DNA from: Chiloscyllium plagiosum
Lineage: Eukaryota
Length of the DNA: 41,816 nt
Assembly: GCF_004010195.1 (NCBI RefSeq)
Contig: NC_057720.1
Location: 29,442,302-29,484,117, forward strand
Direction: 5' to 3'
The position numbers and the translations under genes are program-made. The notes under the pieces were generated by a model. That model worked only from the letters and a program-made list of their open reading frames with translations. It did no database searches and had not been told where the DNA came from. Each line of letters starts with the position of its first letter. Position 1 is the stretch's first letter. Shown piece by piece: positions 1 through 12,450 of this stretch.

Positions 1-96
1 TCTCCTGCTCCTCGGATGCTGCCTGACCTGCTGTGTTTTTCCAGCACCACATTTTTCAACTCTGGTCTCCAGCATCTGCAGTCCTCACTTTCTCCT
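1..96 (+). mobile_element. Penelope-like element pLTR 3' part and tail, cut by the window edge
   Basis: Near-identical to 1825-1915 and 28250-28335 (GGATGCTGCCTGACCTGCTG...CCAGCATCTGCAGTCCTCACTTTC). Confidence 0.8.
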
Positions 97-500
97 ATTC
101 AATCCATGGACTCCATTTACATGGTTCGTTGTCACAGAAAGACTATCAACTTCATCAAAGACCCATTGCACCCCGGTAATGCTCTCCTACAGTCTCTTAC
201 ATCAGGCAGAACATACAGAAGCTTGAATATACACACAAGCAGGTTCAGGAACATCTTCTTCTCTGCTGTTATTAGATTGATGAATGGACTCTCCAACCTC
301 AAATAATGCTGATTTTGTTAATGTCGATGTCATCTGGCGCATACCCTTTGCAATGTAACTTGTATGCCACTGTCTCTGTTTTGTTTACAACCTTTGATCT
401 GTACATCCCTGCTTACTATGGTCTGCCTTTACTTCTTGGAAAAAAAACTTTTCACTGTATTTCTGTACACGTGGCAATCAATCAATCAATCAATCAATCA
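97..500 (+). mobile_element. Rex1/Babar LINE 3' end
   Basis: Translates IKDPLHPGNALLQSLTSGRTYRSLNIHTSRFRNIFFSAVIRLMN, the typical Rex1 C-terminus. Ends in a (CAAT)n tail. Confidence 0.8.
475..500 (+). repeat. (CAAT)6 microsatellite forming the LINE tail
   Basis: Direct reading. Confidence 0.95.
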
Positions 501-688
501 CAGTCAAAGAATAAGGACTACGCTATTCAGGAATTTCTTCACTCAGAGAATTGTGAACCTGTGGTATTCTCTCCCACTGGAAGCTGTTGAGGACAGGTCA
601 TTAGATATGTTCAGAAGGGAGCTGGACAAGCCCCCTGTAGCTAAAGGGATCAAGGGTTATTGGGAGAGGGCGGGAATGGGATTCTGAG
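501..688 (+). mobile_element. CR1 (HER1-like) LINE 3' end, left part
   Basis: RNFFTQRIVNLWYSLP motif. Resumes at 1917 after the Penelope insertion. Confidence 0.8.
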
Positions 689-1916
689 ATTTCACCTGGA
701 CCATCCCTGACACCTCTTTCCCCTTCCTGGACCTCTCCATCTCCATTAACGGTGACCAACTCAACACAGACACATTATCTACAAACCCACTGACTCCCAT
801 ATCTACCTGGATTACACTTCCACCCACCCTGCCTCCTGCAAAAATGCTATCCCTTATTCCCAATACCTTTGCCTCTGCCACATCTGTTCCCAAGAGGACT
901 AGTTCCACCACAGAACACATCAAATGGTCTCTTTCTTTTAAGACCACAATTTCCCCTCCCATGTGGTTGATGATGACCTCCAGCGCATCTCATCCACATC
1001 CCACACCTCTGCCCCCAACATCCTCAGCCACTTCTGCAACCTACAAACAGACCCCACCACCAGAGATATATTTCCCTCCCCACCCCTATCTGCTTTCCAT
1101 AAAGACCGCTCCCTCTGCGACTACCTCATCAGGTCCACACCCCCTAATAACCCACACGCCCCTCCTGGCACCTTCCCCTGCCACCTCAGCAGTTGCAAAA
1201 CCTGCACCCACACCTCTGCCCTCACCCCTGTCCAAGGCCCCAAAGGACCCTTCCACATCCATCAGAGTTTCACCTGCACAGACACCAATGTCATTTACTG
1301 TATCCGTTACTCCCGATGCGGTCTCCTCTACATTGGGGAGACAGGATGCCTACTCACAGAGTGCTTCAGAGAACATCTCCGGGATACCCGCTCCGTGGCC
1401 GAACACTTTAACTCCCCCTCCCACTCTGCCAAGGACATGGAGGTCCTGAGTCTCCTCCATTGCCACTCCCTCACCACCCGACGCCTGGAGGAAGAACGCC
1501 TCATCTTCTGCCTTGGGACCCTATAACCCCATGGCATCAATGTGGATTTCACCAGTTTCTTCATTTCCCCTCCCCCCACCTTATCCCAGTTTCAACCTTC
1601 CAGCTCAGCACCATCCTCACGACCTGTCCTACCTGTCAATCTTCCTTCCCACCTGTCCGCTCCACCTTCCTCTCTAACCTATCACCATTACCCCCACCTC
1701 CATTCACCTATTGTACTCTCAGCTACCTTTCCCCCAGCCCCATCCCCTTCCCATTTATCTCTCCATCCCCGCGGCTCCCAGCCTCATTCCTGATAAAGGA
1801 CGTTTGCCTGAAACATCAATTTTTCTGCTCCTCGGATGCTGCGTGGCGTGCTGTGCTTTTCCAGCAGCACACTCTTGATTCTAATCTCCAGCATCTGCAG
1901 TACTCACTTTCACCTG
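689..1916 (+). mobile_element. 5'-truncated Penelope-like retroelement (RT C-terminus, GIY-YIG endonuclease, pLTR with degenerate hammerhead)
   Basis: FPFLDLSISINGD and YKPTDSHIYLDY RT motifs. NVIYCIRYSRCGLLYIGETG...REH GIY-YIG motif in ORF 963-1526. CTGATAAAGG...GAAAC near 1790-1814. CTGAG occurs at both junctions (684-688, 1917-1921). Confidence 0.9.
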
Positions 1917-2010
1917 CTGAGGTTGCATGATCAGCCATGATTGTATTGAATGGTGGTGCTGGCTCAAAGGGCCAAAGGACTTACTCCTGCTCCTATTTTC
2001 TATGTTTCTA
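1917..2010 (+). mobile_element. CR1 (HER1-like) 3' UTR tail, right part
   Basis: GATCAGCCATGAT...GGCTCAAAGGGCC...ACTCCTGCTCCTATTTTCTATGTTTCTA tail. Confidence 0.8.
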
Positions 2011-3105
2011 AAGGCATGCATTTCAATCCCACAATATCCATGGACTCATCTGACTAGCCTCTTACATCCATTATATAAAATATCAGTTACGTCTATTGTA
2101 GAACCAGATAGGAGTATCAAATGAACTTTTCAAAGCATTTTAAAACAACATCATTGATTTGGATTTCAAATCATTTCAGGTTGAAGGAAGACATTAGGTT
2201 ATGACCAACAGTAGCCATCCTTCATCCTGAATGTGCCTTAGGGTTTGACTGGGCTTCATTACATCACTTGACTTCAGGTAATATTAAACTAAGGCACACT
2301 TATTAAACTGTGTAATTCATAATATTACTTCTTAATCTAATGCCTTAACATGATGTAATAGTAAGTTAATGGGGATGTAAAGTGAAAAATGACTTTCTAA
2401 TGACTGAATGGGAATCAAACATAATTGTTACATGCTTACAGTCAAAAATACCCTTAACAATTCAGGGAGATAGTCCTGCTTTTGCTTTTTAATGAAAACC
2501 TTCAATATTTTTGCAGAGTTCAGTCTCAATATCATATCATTAAATATTTTATTGCATCAATAAGTTATTATGGTTAAGGTATTTGTAAAATGTCAACATA
2601 ATGGAAGTTTGAAAGCAACACAGAAATCATTATGCTTTACTTAATCAATATGAATTCAAGTACAAATCTGTGTCTGAGTTTACAGCACCCCCCACTTCTG
2701 AGGCAATTTCTCCAACAATGGAAGGAGATAATGTTTTCTGTTAGATAGTCCTTTCATGCTCATTTTTGATGGGAATGGAACAATGTGGGTGATCCTGATT
2801 GTTTTTTTTAAATTTATGGCATGCATGTATTAACTAACCGGCATGAGCTCACATCTGCACAGTATGCTGCCTTGAGGGAATGCTTGCATAACTGACATGA
2901 ATTCAAAAACATGGCAAGAGCTTTATCAAGTGGAGGAGAATTGAAGCTGTTGCTGCTTTGCATTCTTGTACTCCTTTCCAACCCTCTCTCCCCACTATCT
3001 CCTATCAGCAATCTGAAGTATCAGCAAGAAACAGCTGGGAGGTGAATATTGTCAGCAAACCTCACCAAGACTGACCTCAAATAAAGGAGCTGGTAAATTT
3101 CAGAC

Positions 3106-3156
3106 TTTAAACTCACACAACACCAAATTATAGTCCAACAGGTTCATTTGGAAGCT
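3106..3156 (-). mobile_element. Fragment of Penelope-type family B terminal repeat
   Basis: Matches 4457-4507 and 36635-36686 (CACACAACACC...TAGTCCAACAGGTT..TTTGGAAGC). Confidence 0.7.
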
Positions 3157-3741
3157 TCAGGCAGCTGTGAGAGTACAGGAACTTTACAGTTTCCAGCACA
3201 AAGTAACTGCTTCGAATAGGAAATGCCAGACAGGTTTACTCTTTACCTATCACTCTTTAAATCATGCTTGTACAAAATTCATAGGCAATCTTACTGCGTT
3301 TAAAATTTTTACCAGATATGTCCATCACGCTTTGTGGCTGCAGGTTAGTACTGAACTGTTTAGTTCATGCTAGTGACTTAGAAGAGCATCAAACAGTAAA
3401 TCCTTCTAGTTCAACTTAGTCCAACAATGCTTATCTATGTATTCATACAGTGAAAGGCCTGCAGGATAGATATACGTTTACCATTTTGTGTGCCCTTCAA
3501 GATCTCAAAGACCATTAACCTACAGGATTTAAGACACTTAATGGAAGAAAACAGACACAATATGGGTCTCGTAGTGTAAAACTCTTTGACCAGCTCTTTG
3601 ACTACCTTTGCAGAACTTCTGATGAGTCAAATGCCTGTGACAGAAAGTGAAGGAGATTGATGGCAAACTCAGTAGTATCAATCTGCTTTTTCTACATTTT
3701 ATCTCTGTCTCATTTTTGCGGTCTCCCTCCCAAACACTCAT

Positions 3742-3779
3742 TCTCTCTCTCTCTCTCCCTTTCTCCTCAGCACACACAC
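3742..3779 (+). repeat. (TC)n and (CA)n microsatellite
   Basis: Direct reading. Confidence 0.85.
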
Positions 3780-4099
3780 TTAGAATATGTATTCCTACTC
3801 TATTTTAATTTTCCAGTAACACAGAACAAACTAGCACCTCACCTTACTCAACATCGTTCTCATTAAGTGACACAAATGCTATCACAGATTGTCATGAACT
3901 TCTAGTTTAGTTTATAGTTCATGCTAATATTTTAGAGGTAATTCTTTAGTTCTGGATAAGCAGACGTTGGAGGAATAATTAGAATGGTGGGCTTAGTGAT
4001 GTCCAGAAGATATGCAGGAATATCAGTTCAAAAATAAAGTGATAAAAGAAGAAATGGAGCTAGAACAAACAGTATATGCTTACTTAGCCATAGAACCGA

Positions 4100-4385
4100 G
4101 GGTGGCATGGTGGTTCAGTGGTTAACACTGCTACCTCACAGTGCCAAGGATCTGGGGTTCAGTCCTTGTCTTGGGCCACTGTTAATGTGGAGTTTGTGCA
4201 TTCTCCCTGCGTGGGTTTTCTCCCACAATCCAAAGGTGCGCAGATCAGGTGAATTGGCCATGCTAAGTTGCTCATAGAGTTAGGTCTGTAATTTAGAGGG
4301 AAATGGGTTTGGGTGGGTTACTCTTCAGAGGGTTGGTATGGACTTGTTGGACCAAATGGCCTGTTATGACACTGTTGCGATTCTA
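4100..4385 (+). mobile_element. tRNA-derived V-SINE (HE1-like)
   Basis: Pol III A box TGGTTCAGTGG (4111-4121), B box GGTTCAGTCC (4156-4165), V-domain-like TGTGGAGTTTG..CATTCTCCCTGCGTGGGTTT..TCCCACAATCCAAAG, CR1-like tail. Second copy at 36123. Confidence 0.85.
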
Positions 4386-4455
4386 ATCAAACTGGGGTTG
4401 AAATGTTCGCACTCCTTTCAATAAGGGCGTTTTAGAAGAATGTTTTTGTTTTCAG

Positions 4456-4550
4456 AGTTAAAAATCACACAACACCAGGTTGTAGTCAAACAGGTTTATT
4501 TGGAAGCACTAGCTTTCGAAGTGCTACTTTTTCATCAGGTGGTTGTGGAG
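4456..4550 (-). mobile_element. Penelope-type family B terminal repeat with hammerhead motif
   Basis: Minus strand reads CAC-CTGATGA-A-AAAGT-AGC-ACTTC-GAAA-GCTA-GTG. Confidence 0.75.
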
Positions 4551-4682
4551 CTTCAAAAGTATTCACTTCATTAGATAAGAGAATAAATTGTGTATGAGGA
4601 ACAATTAAACTAAACATTATCATAAATATGGGTGGAGCTTAAGAAGTTTCTGTGCTTTCTATTATTCAGTGTTTCCTGATGG

Positions 4683-4960
4683 AGTCATAGAGTCATATAG
4701 CCATTAAATCAGACTCTTCAGTCCAACTCATCTGTACAGACCAGAACTCCCAAGCTGACCTAATCCCATTTGTCAGCATTTGACCCATATTCCTCTGAAT
4801 CCTTTCTATTCGTATACCCATCCAATTGCCATTTAAATATTGCATTTTTATCCACCTTCACCACTTCCTCTGGCAGCTTGTTCCATACACACACCACCCT
4901 CTTCATGAAGAACTTACCTCTCAGTTCCTTTTTAAATTTTTCCCCTCTCATCTTAAACCT
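4683..4960 (-). mobile_element. CR1 LINE 3' end (host copy, 3' part)
   Basis: RGEKFKKELRGKFFMKRVVCVWNKLPEEVV and a (GACTCTAT)n tail. Continues at 5642-5770. Confidence 0.85.
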
Positions 4961-5641
4961 TGGAGTGCAGGTTCATAATTCCTCGAAAGTGTTAGGTGAA
5001 TATGATAGTGAAGAAGGCATTTGGAAAGCTTTTCTTAATTGGTCAGACCATTGGGTATAGGAGTTGGGGGGTCATATTGTGGCTGTACAGGACATTGGTT
5101 CGGCCACATTTGGAATATTGGGTGCAATCCTGGTCTCCCTCCTATCTGAGGATGTTGTGAAACTTGAAATGGTTCAGAAAAGGTTGGCAAGGATATTGCC
5201 AGGGTTGGAGGATTTGAGCTACAGAGAGAGGCTGAATAGTCTGGGGCTGTTTTCCCTGGAGTGTCGGAGGCTGAGGATTATAAATCATGAACGACATGGA
5301 TAGGATTATTAGACAAAATATTTTCCCAGGGGGTGGATGAGTCCAAAACTAGAGGTCATAGGTTTAGGGTGAGAGTGGAAAAATTTAAAAGGGACCTAAG
5401 GGGCAACTTTTTAATGCAGAGGGTGGTGTGTGTATGGAATGAGTTGCCAGAGGAAGTGATGGAGGCTGGTACAATTGCAAAATTTAAGAGGCATCTGGAT
5501 GAGTATATGAATAGGAAAGATTGAGAGGGACATGGGCCATGTGCTGGCAGGTGGAACTAGATTAGGTTAGGATATCTGGTCAGCATGGATGAGTTGGACC
5601 AAAGGGTCTATTTCCATGCTGTACATCTCTATGACCCTACG
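4961..5641 (+). mobile_element. 5'-truncated CR1 LINE nested in an antisense CR1
   Basis: LEMVQKRLARILPGLEDLSYRERL and RGNFLMQRVVCVWNELP. AACCT occurs at both junctions (4956-4960, 5642-5646). Confidence 0.85.
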
Positions 5642-5770
5642 AACCTATGCCCTCTAGTTTTGGACTCCCCCACCCTAGGAAATATACCTTAGCTATTCAC
5701 CCTATCCATGCCCCTCATGATTTTATAAACTTTTACAGGGTTACCCATCAGTCTCTGATGCTCCAGGGGA
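5642..5770 (-). mobile_element. CR1 LINE host copy continuation
   Basis: AACCTATGCCCTCTAGTT... is collinear with the intact copy at 16914-17045. Confidence 0.8.
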
Positions 5771-5774
5771 AAAA

Positions 5775-6582
5775 TACGGAAGGAGATCTCAGATATCTGA
5801 GAATAATAGAGCTGTATTGGTAGGGGATTTTAACTTGCCAAATATAGATGGGGACTGTCATAGTCTTAGGGCTTGGATGGGGAAGAATTTGTTAAGTGTG
5901 CACAAGAAAACTTTCTTATTCAGTATGTGCAATACTTGATCTTCTAATGGAAAATAAGGCAGAGAAAGTTGTCAGGTCGTTTAGCACTTTGGAGCAAGTG
6001 GTCAGAATTTTATTCATTGTAAAATAGTTATGGAAAAGGATAAAACTGATCAAGCAGTCAAAGTTCTAAGTTGGAAAAAGGCCAATTTTGATGGTATTAG
6101 ACATGAACTTGCAGAAGTTGATTGGGAGATGCTATTCGCAGGTAAAGTGATGGTTGAGAACTGGGAGGCCTTTAAAAATGAGATAATGAGAGTTCAGAGA
6201 CAGAATGTTCCTTTTAGTGTGAAGGGCAAGGCTGGTAGGTGCAGGGAATGCTGGATAACTAGAGAAATGGAGGCTGTGGTTAAGAAAAATAGGCATTTGT
6301 CAGGTATAGACAGCCGGGATCGAACGAGCATAATAACAGTAGTAGTTGTACAAGGGCTGTAGGAGTATGCTTCAGAGGAAAATCAAGAAGGCAAAAAGGG
6401 GACATGAGATAGATTTGGCAAACAATCTTAAGGAGAATCCAAAGCGACTCTATAAGTACATTAAGGGTAAATGAGTAACTAGGGAGACAATAGGGTCTCT
6501 TAAGGATCAGCAAAACTGTCTATATGTGGAACCACAGGATATAGATGAGATCCTAAATGAATATTTCACGTCAGTATTTAGA
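5775..6582 (+). mobile_element. CR1 ORF2 fragment (APE endonuclease C-terminus and linker)
   Basis: VLVGDFNLPNID, WKKANFDGIRHELAEVDWE, KENPKRLYKYIKGK and EILNEYFTSVF motifs, with stops and frameshifts. Confidence 0.85.
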
Positions 6583-7121
6583 TTGAGGTTTTGTTGCAGT
6601 TTGGACTTTGTTTCATTTGTAGTCCATTAGAACATCATAGCCAAATTAAATGACAGCGAGATAGGCTGCACTATGAGCAGATTAAAATGCAAACTTCATT
6701 ACTGACTGCATGGAATATAGACGATGCTTGAACTCAGTTTGCAATTTGGTAAAGAAATAAAAGCTGAAGGTTTGCCTGATGTGAAACTTATGGAAAAATC
6801 TACAGTAATCCTCCACAGAGTAATGTTTATAAAAGAAAATACCTAACAAGTTAGCTTGCAAGTATTGGAAAAGTGATCAGATTAAGGGAGTGATATATCC
6901 AAAGACAAGAAACAGTGTATGAATGTTTCAGTCTGATAATTGCAGGAGCTGAAGAGAATCCACAAGAGGACTGTGGCATACTTCTGGGCATTCACTGCAG
7001 GAGTAAATAACTTTAAGATTGCTTACTTAGGAAAATTGCTTTGAGAAGTAAGAACTAAACCTGAGCACATAACGTATATAGTTATTAACCATATTAAGTT
7101 AATCATAATTGTTTTATTCAA

Positions 7122-8053
7122 TGTTGCAAAGTTAGATAGAGTATTTGTGACTTTAAAGACAGGGTGTTAGAATTTGATGTTTGTAAAAATGATAGGGAAG
7201 CAGAGTTTGTGGTCCCTTTAAAGGATGATGTTTTATTCTCTGTGCTTAGCATTTTGAAAATGAATGTCCATGGGCAGAAGTTTGCCAGTTGCAGGTGCCC
7301 AAATTGAAACATTTGTATCAAAAAACCATACTGTTAGCAGGCACATCAGCATATTTACCAAGTCAAGAGATTTTTTTAAAATTAGCCAATTAATTTAAAC
7401 CAGGCATTTGGAGACTAGGGACCAATTACATCTAAATCTGATGGTTTTGACAACCTCGAACTAATCTGTTTGTAAAGAAATGAATAGATCATCAAGGATA
7501 TAAAAGAATAAGGTTTTGGAAAATTAGGGGGTAGAGAGCAAATTGCCATCTGAAGAAATTAGCTCTCTCAGCTCTCAGAATAAAGGTACAGTGACACTCT
7601 TAGCTAATATTTCTGACACCAGAATTTGATTGAGAGAAATATTCCTGATGCAAGAATTCAAAGGCGGAGGTGTTCTTGAAAGAAGATCAGCAGAGAAGGC
7701 GCAGACCAAGGGGTAATTTCAAAAGATTAAATTCTATTGTTTTGTTATATAAGTGGGACTTGTATTTATTAGAAAAGTATACCACTAGAATTTTGTTAGT
7801 TAGAGGGGAATTATTTGGTTTATTAGTGGATCTGTTAATTTGTTTACTGTTGGAGTTAGATAAATAAATTGTTACTTGTTGATTATAGAGTGAGTGAAAG
7901 GATTTCATTTCATTTAACCAATAACTGATTAGGGGAGGGTGGTGAGATTACATTACTTGTCACATTCCTTTAACAGATTATAAGGTGAGGTGAGCCTCTC
8001 TGGGTGTTTCAGTTTTTGTTATCAGAGAGGGCATTAACATCTGCTTCACAACA
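7122..8053 (+). mobile_element. Possible degraded LTR
   Basis: About 930 bp bounded by TGTTG...CAACA and preceded by weak Gypsy-like coding remnants (6650-7050). No convincing TSD. Confidence 0.25.
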
Positions 8054-8929
8054 TTAATTTGTTTTGTACACAATAAAGTTTGTGTTTTGTTTATAATATG
8101 AAAACTGTGTGCGGTAGTTCTATTGGTTTAAGTAAGGTGTTCAGATTTCTACTTGAAATATTACCACCTATATAATGTAAAAGAGACCCAGAAGGGGCAC
8201 ACTAAGCTTGAAACATTAGTGTTATTTCTGTCCGCCTTGATGCTGTCAAACCTGCCAGGTTCTTTCAGCACCTCCTGTTTTTACATGATTATGCAATTAC
8301 ACTTTATCATGGCCCTAAGTCTGATGTTTACTTTTGTCCACTTTGAAATGGACAAGCTGTCTGGAAACTTCCTAGTCTTTCAATGATATCCTTAAACAAT
8401 GGGATATGTAAATTTCACTGTTGGCTCTGTGATACCCCTCATCTATCTCCATATTTAATTAGTTATTCACTGAAGACTTGATTCTTTCTGCAGTCTTGTT
8501 AAAAATTATGTTTGCAGCAACCACCTTAACAGATCGTGTGTGATCATTTTTAATGGTATTAACTAAAAGCTCATAAAATGACATGTCTGTACTGGACATA
8601 ACAATCTTAATGGTCCTTAACCAGATTGCAACAACATATACATATCCTGCAGGGTGTAGATAATGACACTGAACAGGTAGCACTGCTGAGTGGCATCCAT
8701 AAGAAACGTAATTAGCTGTGTCAGTGAAAGAGCCAGATCGTCAATTCATTTTGTTCTTTAACTACAGATCCTGAGCAGAAGAACCTAATTGGCCTTTTCA
8801 GAAGAGGAGACTGCTGTCTGAATAAAATTTTCTGCAACAGTCATTTCTGTGTGTTCAACTTACACTGCTACATCTAGCTATGGGTTTTGTTTGAGTGATT
8901 TAGATAGAAATGTACGATTTTTATTTTAC

Positions 8930-9745
8930 AAGATCATAGAAAACAGTGCAAGAGAAAGCTTTGAACCATCTGTGCTATTTTATAAGATTGTGCCTAATCT
9001 TTGACTTCAAATGAAATTTCCTGCCAATATTTTCATTTCCAATGATACTTTAGAGTTCAAACTGTTTATTTCAGCTTTGAATGTAGTCAATGCACAGCCC
9101 TCCAAGGTAAAGAGAATGATAAAGGTTCACAACCCTACGTGAAGATATTTCCCCTCATCTCAATCAAAGATTGCTCACCTCTTATTTGGATATAACATCC
9201 TTCTAGTTCTAGGACCACCAGCTGGGACAAACAACCACTCTGTATCTATTTTGTCAAACCCTCTCAGAATCTTATGTTTCTAATAGATCACCTCTTATTA
9301 TGCTAAACTGAAAAGACTATGGACCCATTAATCCTCTCAATCTCTCCTCAAAGGACAATCCAGGGTCCACTATAATGGAATTTTCAATGTACCCCTCTAA
9401 GGTAAATATATCCTTCCTTAGATATGAAGACCAGAACTATACACAGTATTCCAGTTGTGATCCCAATGGTTTGTGCAATTATGGCAATTACAGCACGAAC
9501 GTACCCCAACCCCTTTGCAATACAGGATAGCATACCAGTTACTTCCCTGCATATCTTTGGGCCTGTTTGTTATTTTCTTAGTTTTTGTACATCTGAATTA
9601 TTTGAATATCAACCTGTTGAAGGCGTTGTCACAAAATAGTTTGCTTTTCCGAAAGAAAACAACTTCAAATTTCCCCATGTTATGATTCACCTATCACCTT
9701 CTTACTTATTCATTTAACCCACCCACATTCCATGGTAGACCTTTT
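8930..9745 (-). mobile_element. Old CR1 LINE 3' region
   Basis: Reverse complement of ORF2 end motifs (GACCAGAACTATACACAGTATTCC = EYCV.FWS) and a CR1-type tail. Heavily decayed. Confidence 0.65.
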
Positions 9746-10429
9746 GGGTCAATCATAAGAGACCATAGGAAATGACTTTGGAAGCTGGGACTGAAAGGAA
9801 TATACAGAGTTTGGTGGCTTGATGCATTCCCATCTCTAGGAAACCTCATTGAAGTGGTTGGTGAGCTTGGCAGTGGTGGTTAGCCAGTTATTACCAATTA
9901 AGAGCTCAGCAGCTTAGTGGACGGGGTGTCCAAAGTGGAGGTCTCATTAGAGGTGGAGGTTTTGTGCCCCAGGAGCAATTCTACAAGAGGCAAAGGTAAC
10001 ATCCGTGGCATAAACAAATTGGATTGGATTTCACCTCTGAGTGTCCTATTGGATTACGTTCTAATCAGTTTTCATTTTGATGCTTGCCTTTGAGGACAAA
10101 GATCATATTGTTCTTGATGTCAGAATGATACCAACATCTCCTGGAATGCAGTCTAATTGGATGGGATTTGTGGATTAATTTTCTACCACTGGGAAATTTA
10201 CAGGCAGGTTGGACTCACCGGCAATGGGAGCCAATGATCTCTGCAGTATGTACTGTAAAATCAATGTAATAATCTTCTTCAGAGAATCAATTACTTAACT
10301 TACATCTATATTGATCAAACAAGATCAATAATAATATAAATCTGGCTTACAAAACTAGGTTGGGGTTGTGGGTAAGCTTGGGGATTTCTCCCTCAAATGT
10401 AGGAGATTGTCTGATGAAGAGATGACAAA

Positions 10430-10638
10430 GAGAATTGATGAAGGCAAAGTGGTAGACTTTGTTTTTATGGACTTCCGCAAAGCATCCAACAAGGTTCCGC
10501 ATGGTACAATGGTTAGTAAGGATTGATCACACGGGATCCATGGGAGTTAGCCAATTGGATACAAATTGACTTGAAACTGGGAATCAGAAGGTGGTGGTGG
10601 AGGGATGCTTTTTTGGACTGGTGGCCTCTGACCAGTGG
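10430..10638 (+). mobile_element. CR1 RT fragment (host copy, left part)
   Basis: VVDFVFMDFRKASNKVPH, equivalent to the DFxKAFDKVPH motif. Confidence 0.8.
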
Positions 10639-11479
10639 TATCCTTTATTGGTCAGAGTATTGAGTACAGGAGTTGGGAGGTCATGTTGCAGCTGTACAGG
10701 ACATTGGTTAGGCCACTGTTGGAATATTGCATGCAATTCTGGTCTCCTTCCTATCGGAAAGATGTTCTGAAACTTGAAAGGGTTCAGAAAAGATTTACAA
10801 GGATGTTGCCAGGGTTGGAGGATTTGAGCTACAGGGAGAGGCTGAACAGGCTGGGGCTGTTTTCCNNNNNNNNNNNNNNNNNNNNNNNNNNNNNNNNNNN
10901 NNNNNNNNNNNNNNNNNNNNNNNNNNNNNNNNNNNNNNNNNNNNNNNNNNNNNNNNNNNNNNNNNNNNNNNNNNNNNNNNNNNNNNNNNNNNNNNNNNNN
11001 NNNNNNNNNNNNNNNNNNNNNNNNNNNNNNNNNNNNNNNNNNNNNNNNNNNNNNNNNNNNNNNNNNNNNNNNNNNNNNNNNNNNNNNNNNNNNNNNNNNN
11101 NNNNNNNNNNNNNNNNNNNNNNNNNNNNNGGCATGGATAGGATAAATAGACAAAGTCTTTTCCCTTGGGATCGGGGAGTCCAGAACGAGAGGGTATAGAT
11201 TTAGGGTGAGAGGGGAAAGATATAAAAGAGACCTAAGGAGCAACTTTTTCATGCAGAGGGTGGTACACGTATGGAATGAGCTGCCAGAGGATGTGGTGGA
11301 GGCTGGTACAATTGCAACATTTAAGAGGCATTTGGATGGGTATATGAATAGGAAGGGGTTGGAGGGATATGGGCTAGGTGCTGGCAGGTGGGACTATAAT
11401 GGGTTGGGATATCTGGTCGGCATGGATGGGTTGGACCAAAGGGTCTGTTTCCATGCTGTACACCTCTATGACTCTATGA
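10639..11479 (+). mobile_element. Young 5'-truncated CR1 LINE nested in an older CR1
   Basis: SFIGQSIEYRSWEVMLQLYRTLVRPLLEYCMQFWSP. Tail CTCTATGACTCTATGA. Interrupts the host at TSG|xPQGS. Confidence 0.85.
10866..11129. other. Assembly gap (264 N)
   Basis: Run of N. Confidence 1.
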
Positions 11480-12450
11480 AACAAGGATCATTGCTTATCA
11501 TCTGTCCACTGATCAGTCCACTGCTTTTCGTCATTTATATAAATGATTTGGATGTGAGTAGAGGAGATATGACTATTAATTTACTGATGACACCAAAATA
11601 GGTGGTGTCATGACCAATGAAGAAGATTATCTCAGAGTATAAGGGATCATGATGGGTCAATGTGCCAAGAAGTGGCAGACAGAATTTAATTTAAATAAAT
11701 GTGAGGTGTTTCATTTTGGTAAGGCAAACAAAGGTAGGGCTTGTCCAGTTAATGGTAAGGCCCTGGGGAGTGTTGCCAAACAAAGAGGTATAGGGGTGCA
11801 GGTGCATAGTTCCTTGAAAGTGGAGTTGTAGGTAGACAGGGTGGTGAAGAAGGCATTTGGCACGCTTGCTTTCATTAGTCATAACACTGAGTGTAGGAGT
11901 TTGGTGAAACCACTTTTGGAATACTGCATACAATTCTGGTCTCCCTTCTATGGAAAGGATGTTGCTAACTTGAGAAAGTGCAGAAAAGATTTACAGGGAT
12001 GTTTCCGGGACTGGAGGGTTTGAGTTATCGGGAGAGGCTAAAGAGGGTGGGGCTGTTTTCCCTGGAGTGTTGGAGACTGAGGAGTGACCTTATAGAGATT
12101 TATAAAATCATGAGGGGTATGGATAGAGTGAATAGTCAAGGCCTTTTTCTGAGGGTGGGGGAGTCTAAAATCAGAGAGTGTAGGTTTAAGGTGAGAGGAG
12201 AAAGATTTGAAAAGGACCTGAGGGGTAACCTTTTCACGCAGAGGGTGATGCATGTATGGAACGAGCTGCCTGAAGAAGTGGTGGAGGCGAGAACAATTGC
12301 AATATTTAAAAGGCATCTGATGGGTGTATGAATAGGAAGGGTTAGGGGATATGGGCCAAATGCTGGCAAATGGAATTAGGTCAGATTGGGATATCTGGTC
12401 AGCGTTGGGCCAAAGGATCTGTTTCATGCTGTATGATTCTATGACTCTAT
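11480..12450 (+). mobile_element. CR1 RT C-terminus and 3' end (host copy, right part)
   Basis: QGS..PLLFVIYINDLD, TDDTKIGG, KWQTEFNLNKCEVFHFG. Tail ATTCTATGACTCTATG. Confidence 0.88.

Noticed and set aside
844..1930. Long Pro/Ser/Thr-rich ORFs (201 aa, 156 aa)
   Set aside because: Alternative frames of the C-rich Penelope element, not mucin-like host genes.
3527..3650. Plus-strand open stretch GFKTLNGRKQTQYGSRSVKLFDQLFDYLCRTSDESNACDRK
   Set aside because: Weak acceptor, no recognisable homology and no supporting neighbouring exons.
4100..4170. tRNA gene-like A and B boxes (also 36123, 33700, 17610)
   Set aside because: No cloverleaf. Each continues into a SINE body, so they are SINE heads.
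4683..6582. Twin-priming inversion of a single CR1
   Set aside because: The plus-strand endonuclease piece and the minus-strand 3' end are not adjacent in element coordinates, and no shared TSD is visible.
10584..11252. Longest ORFs in the track (222 and 187 aa)
   Set aside because: Inflated by the N gap. The flanks are CR1 sense or antisense sequence.
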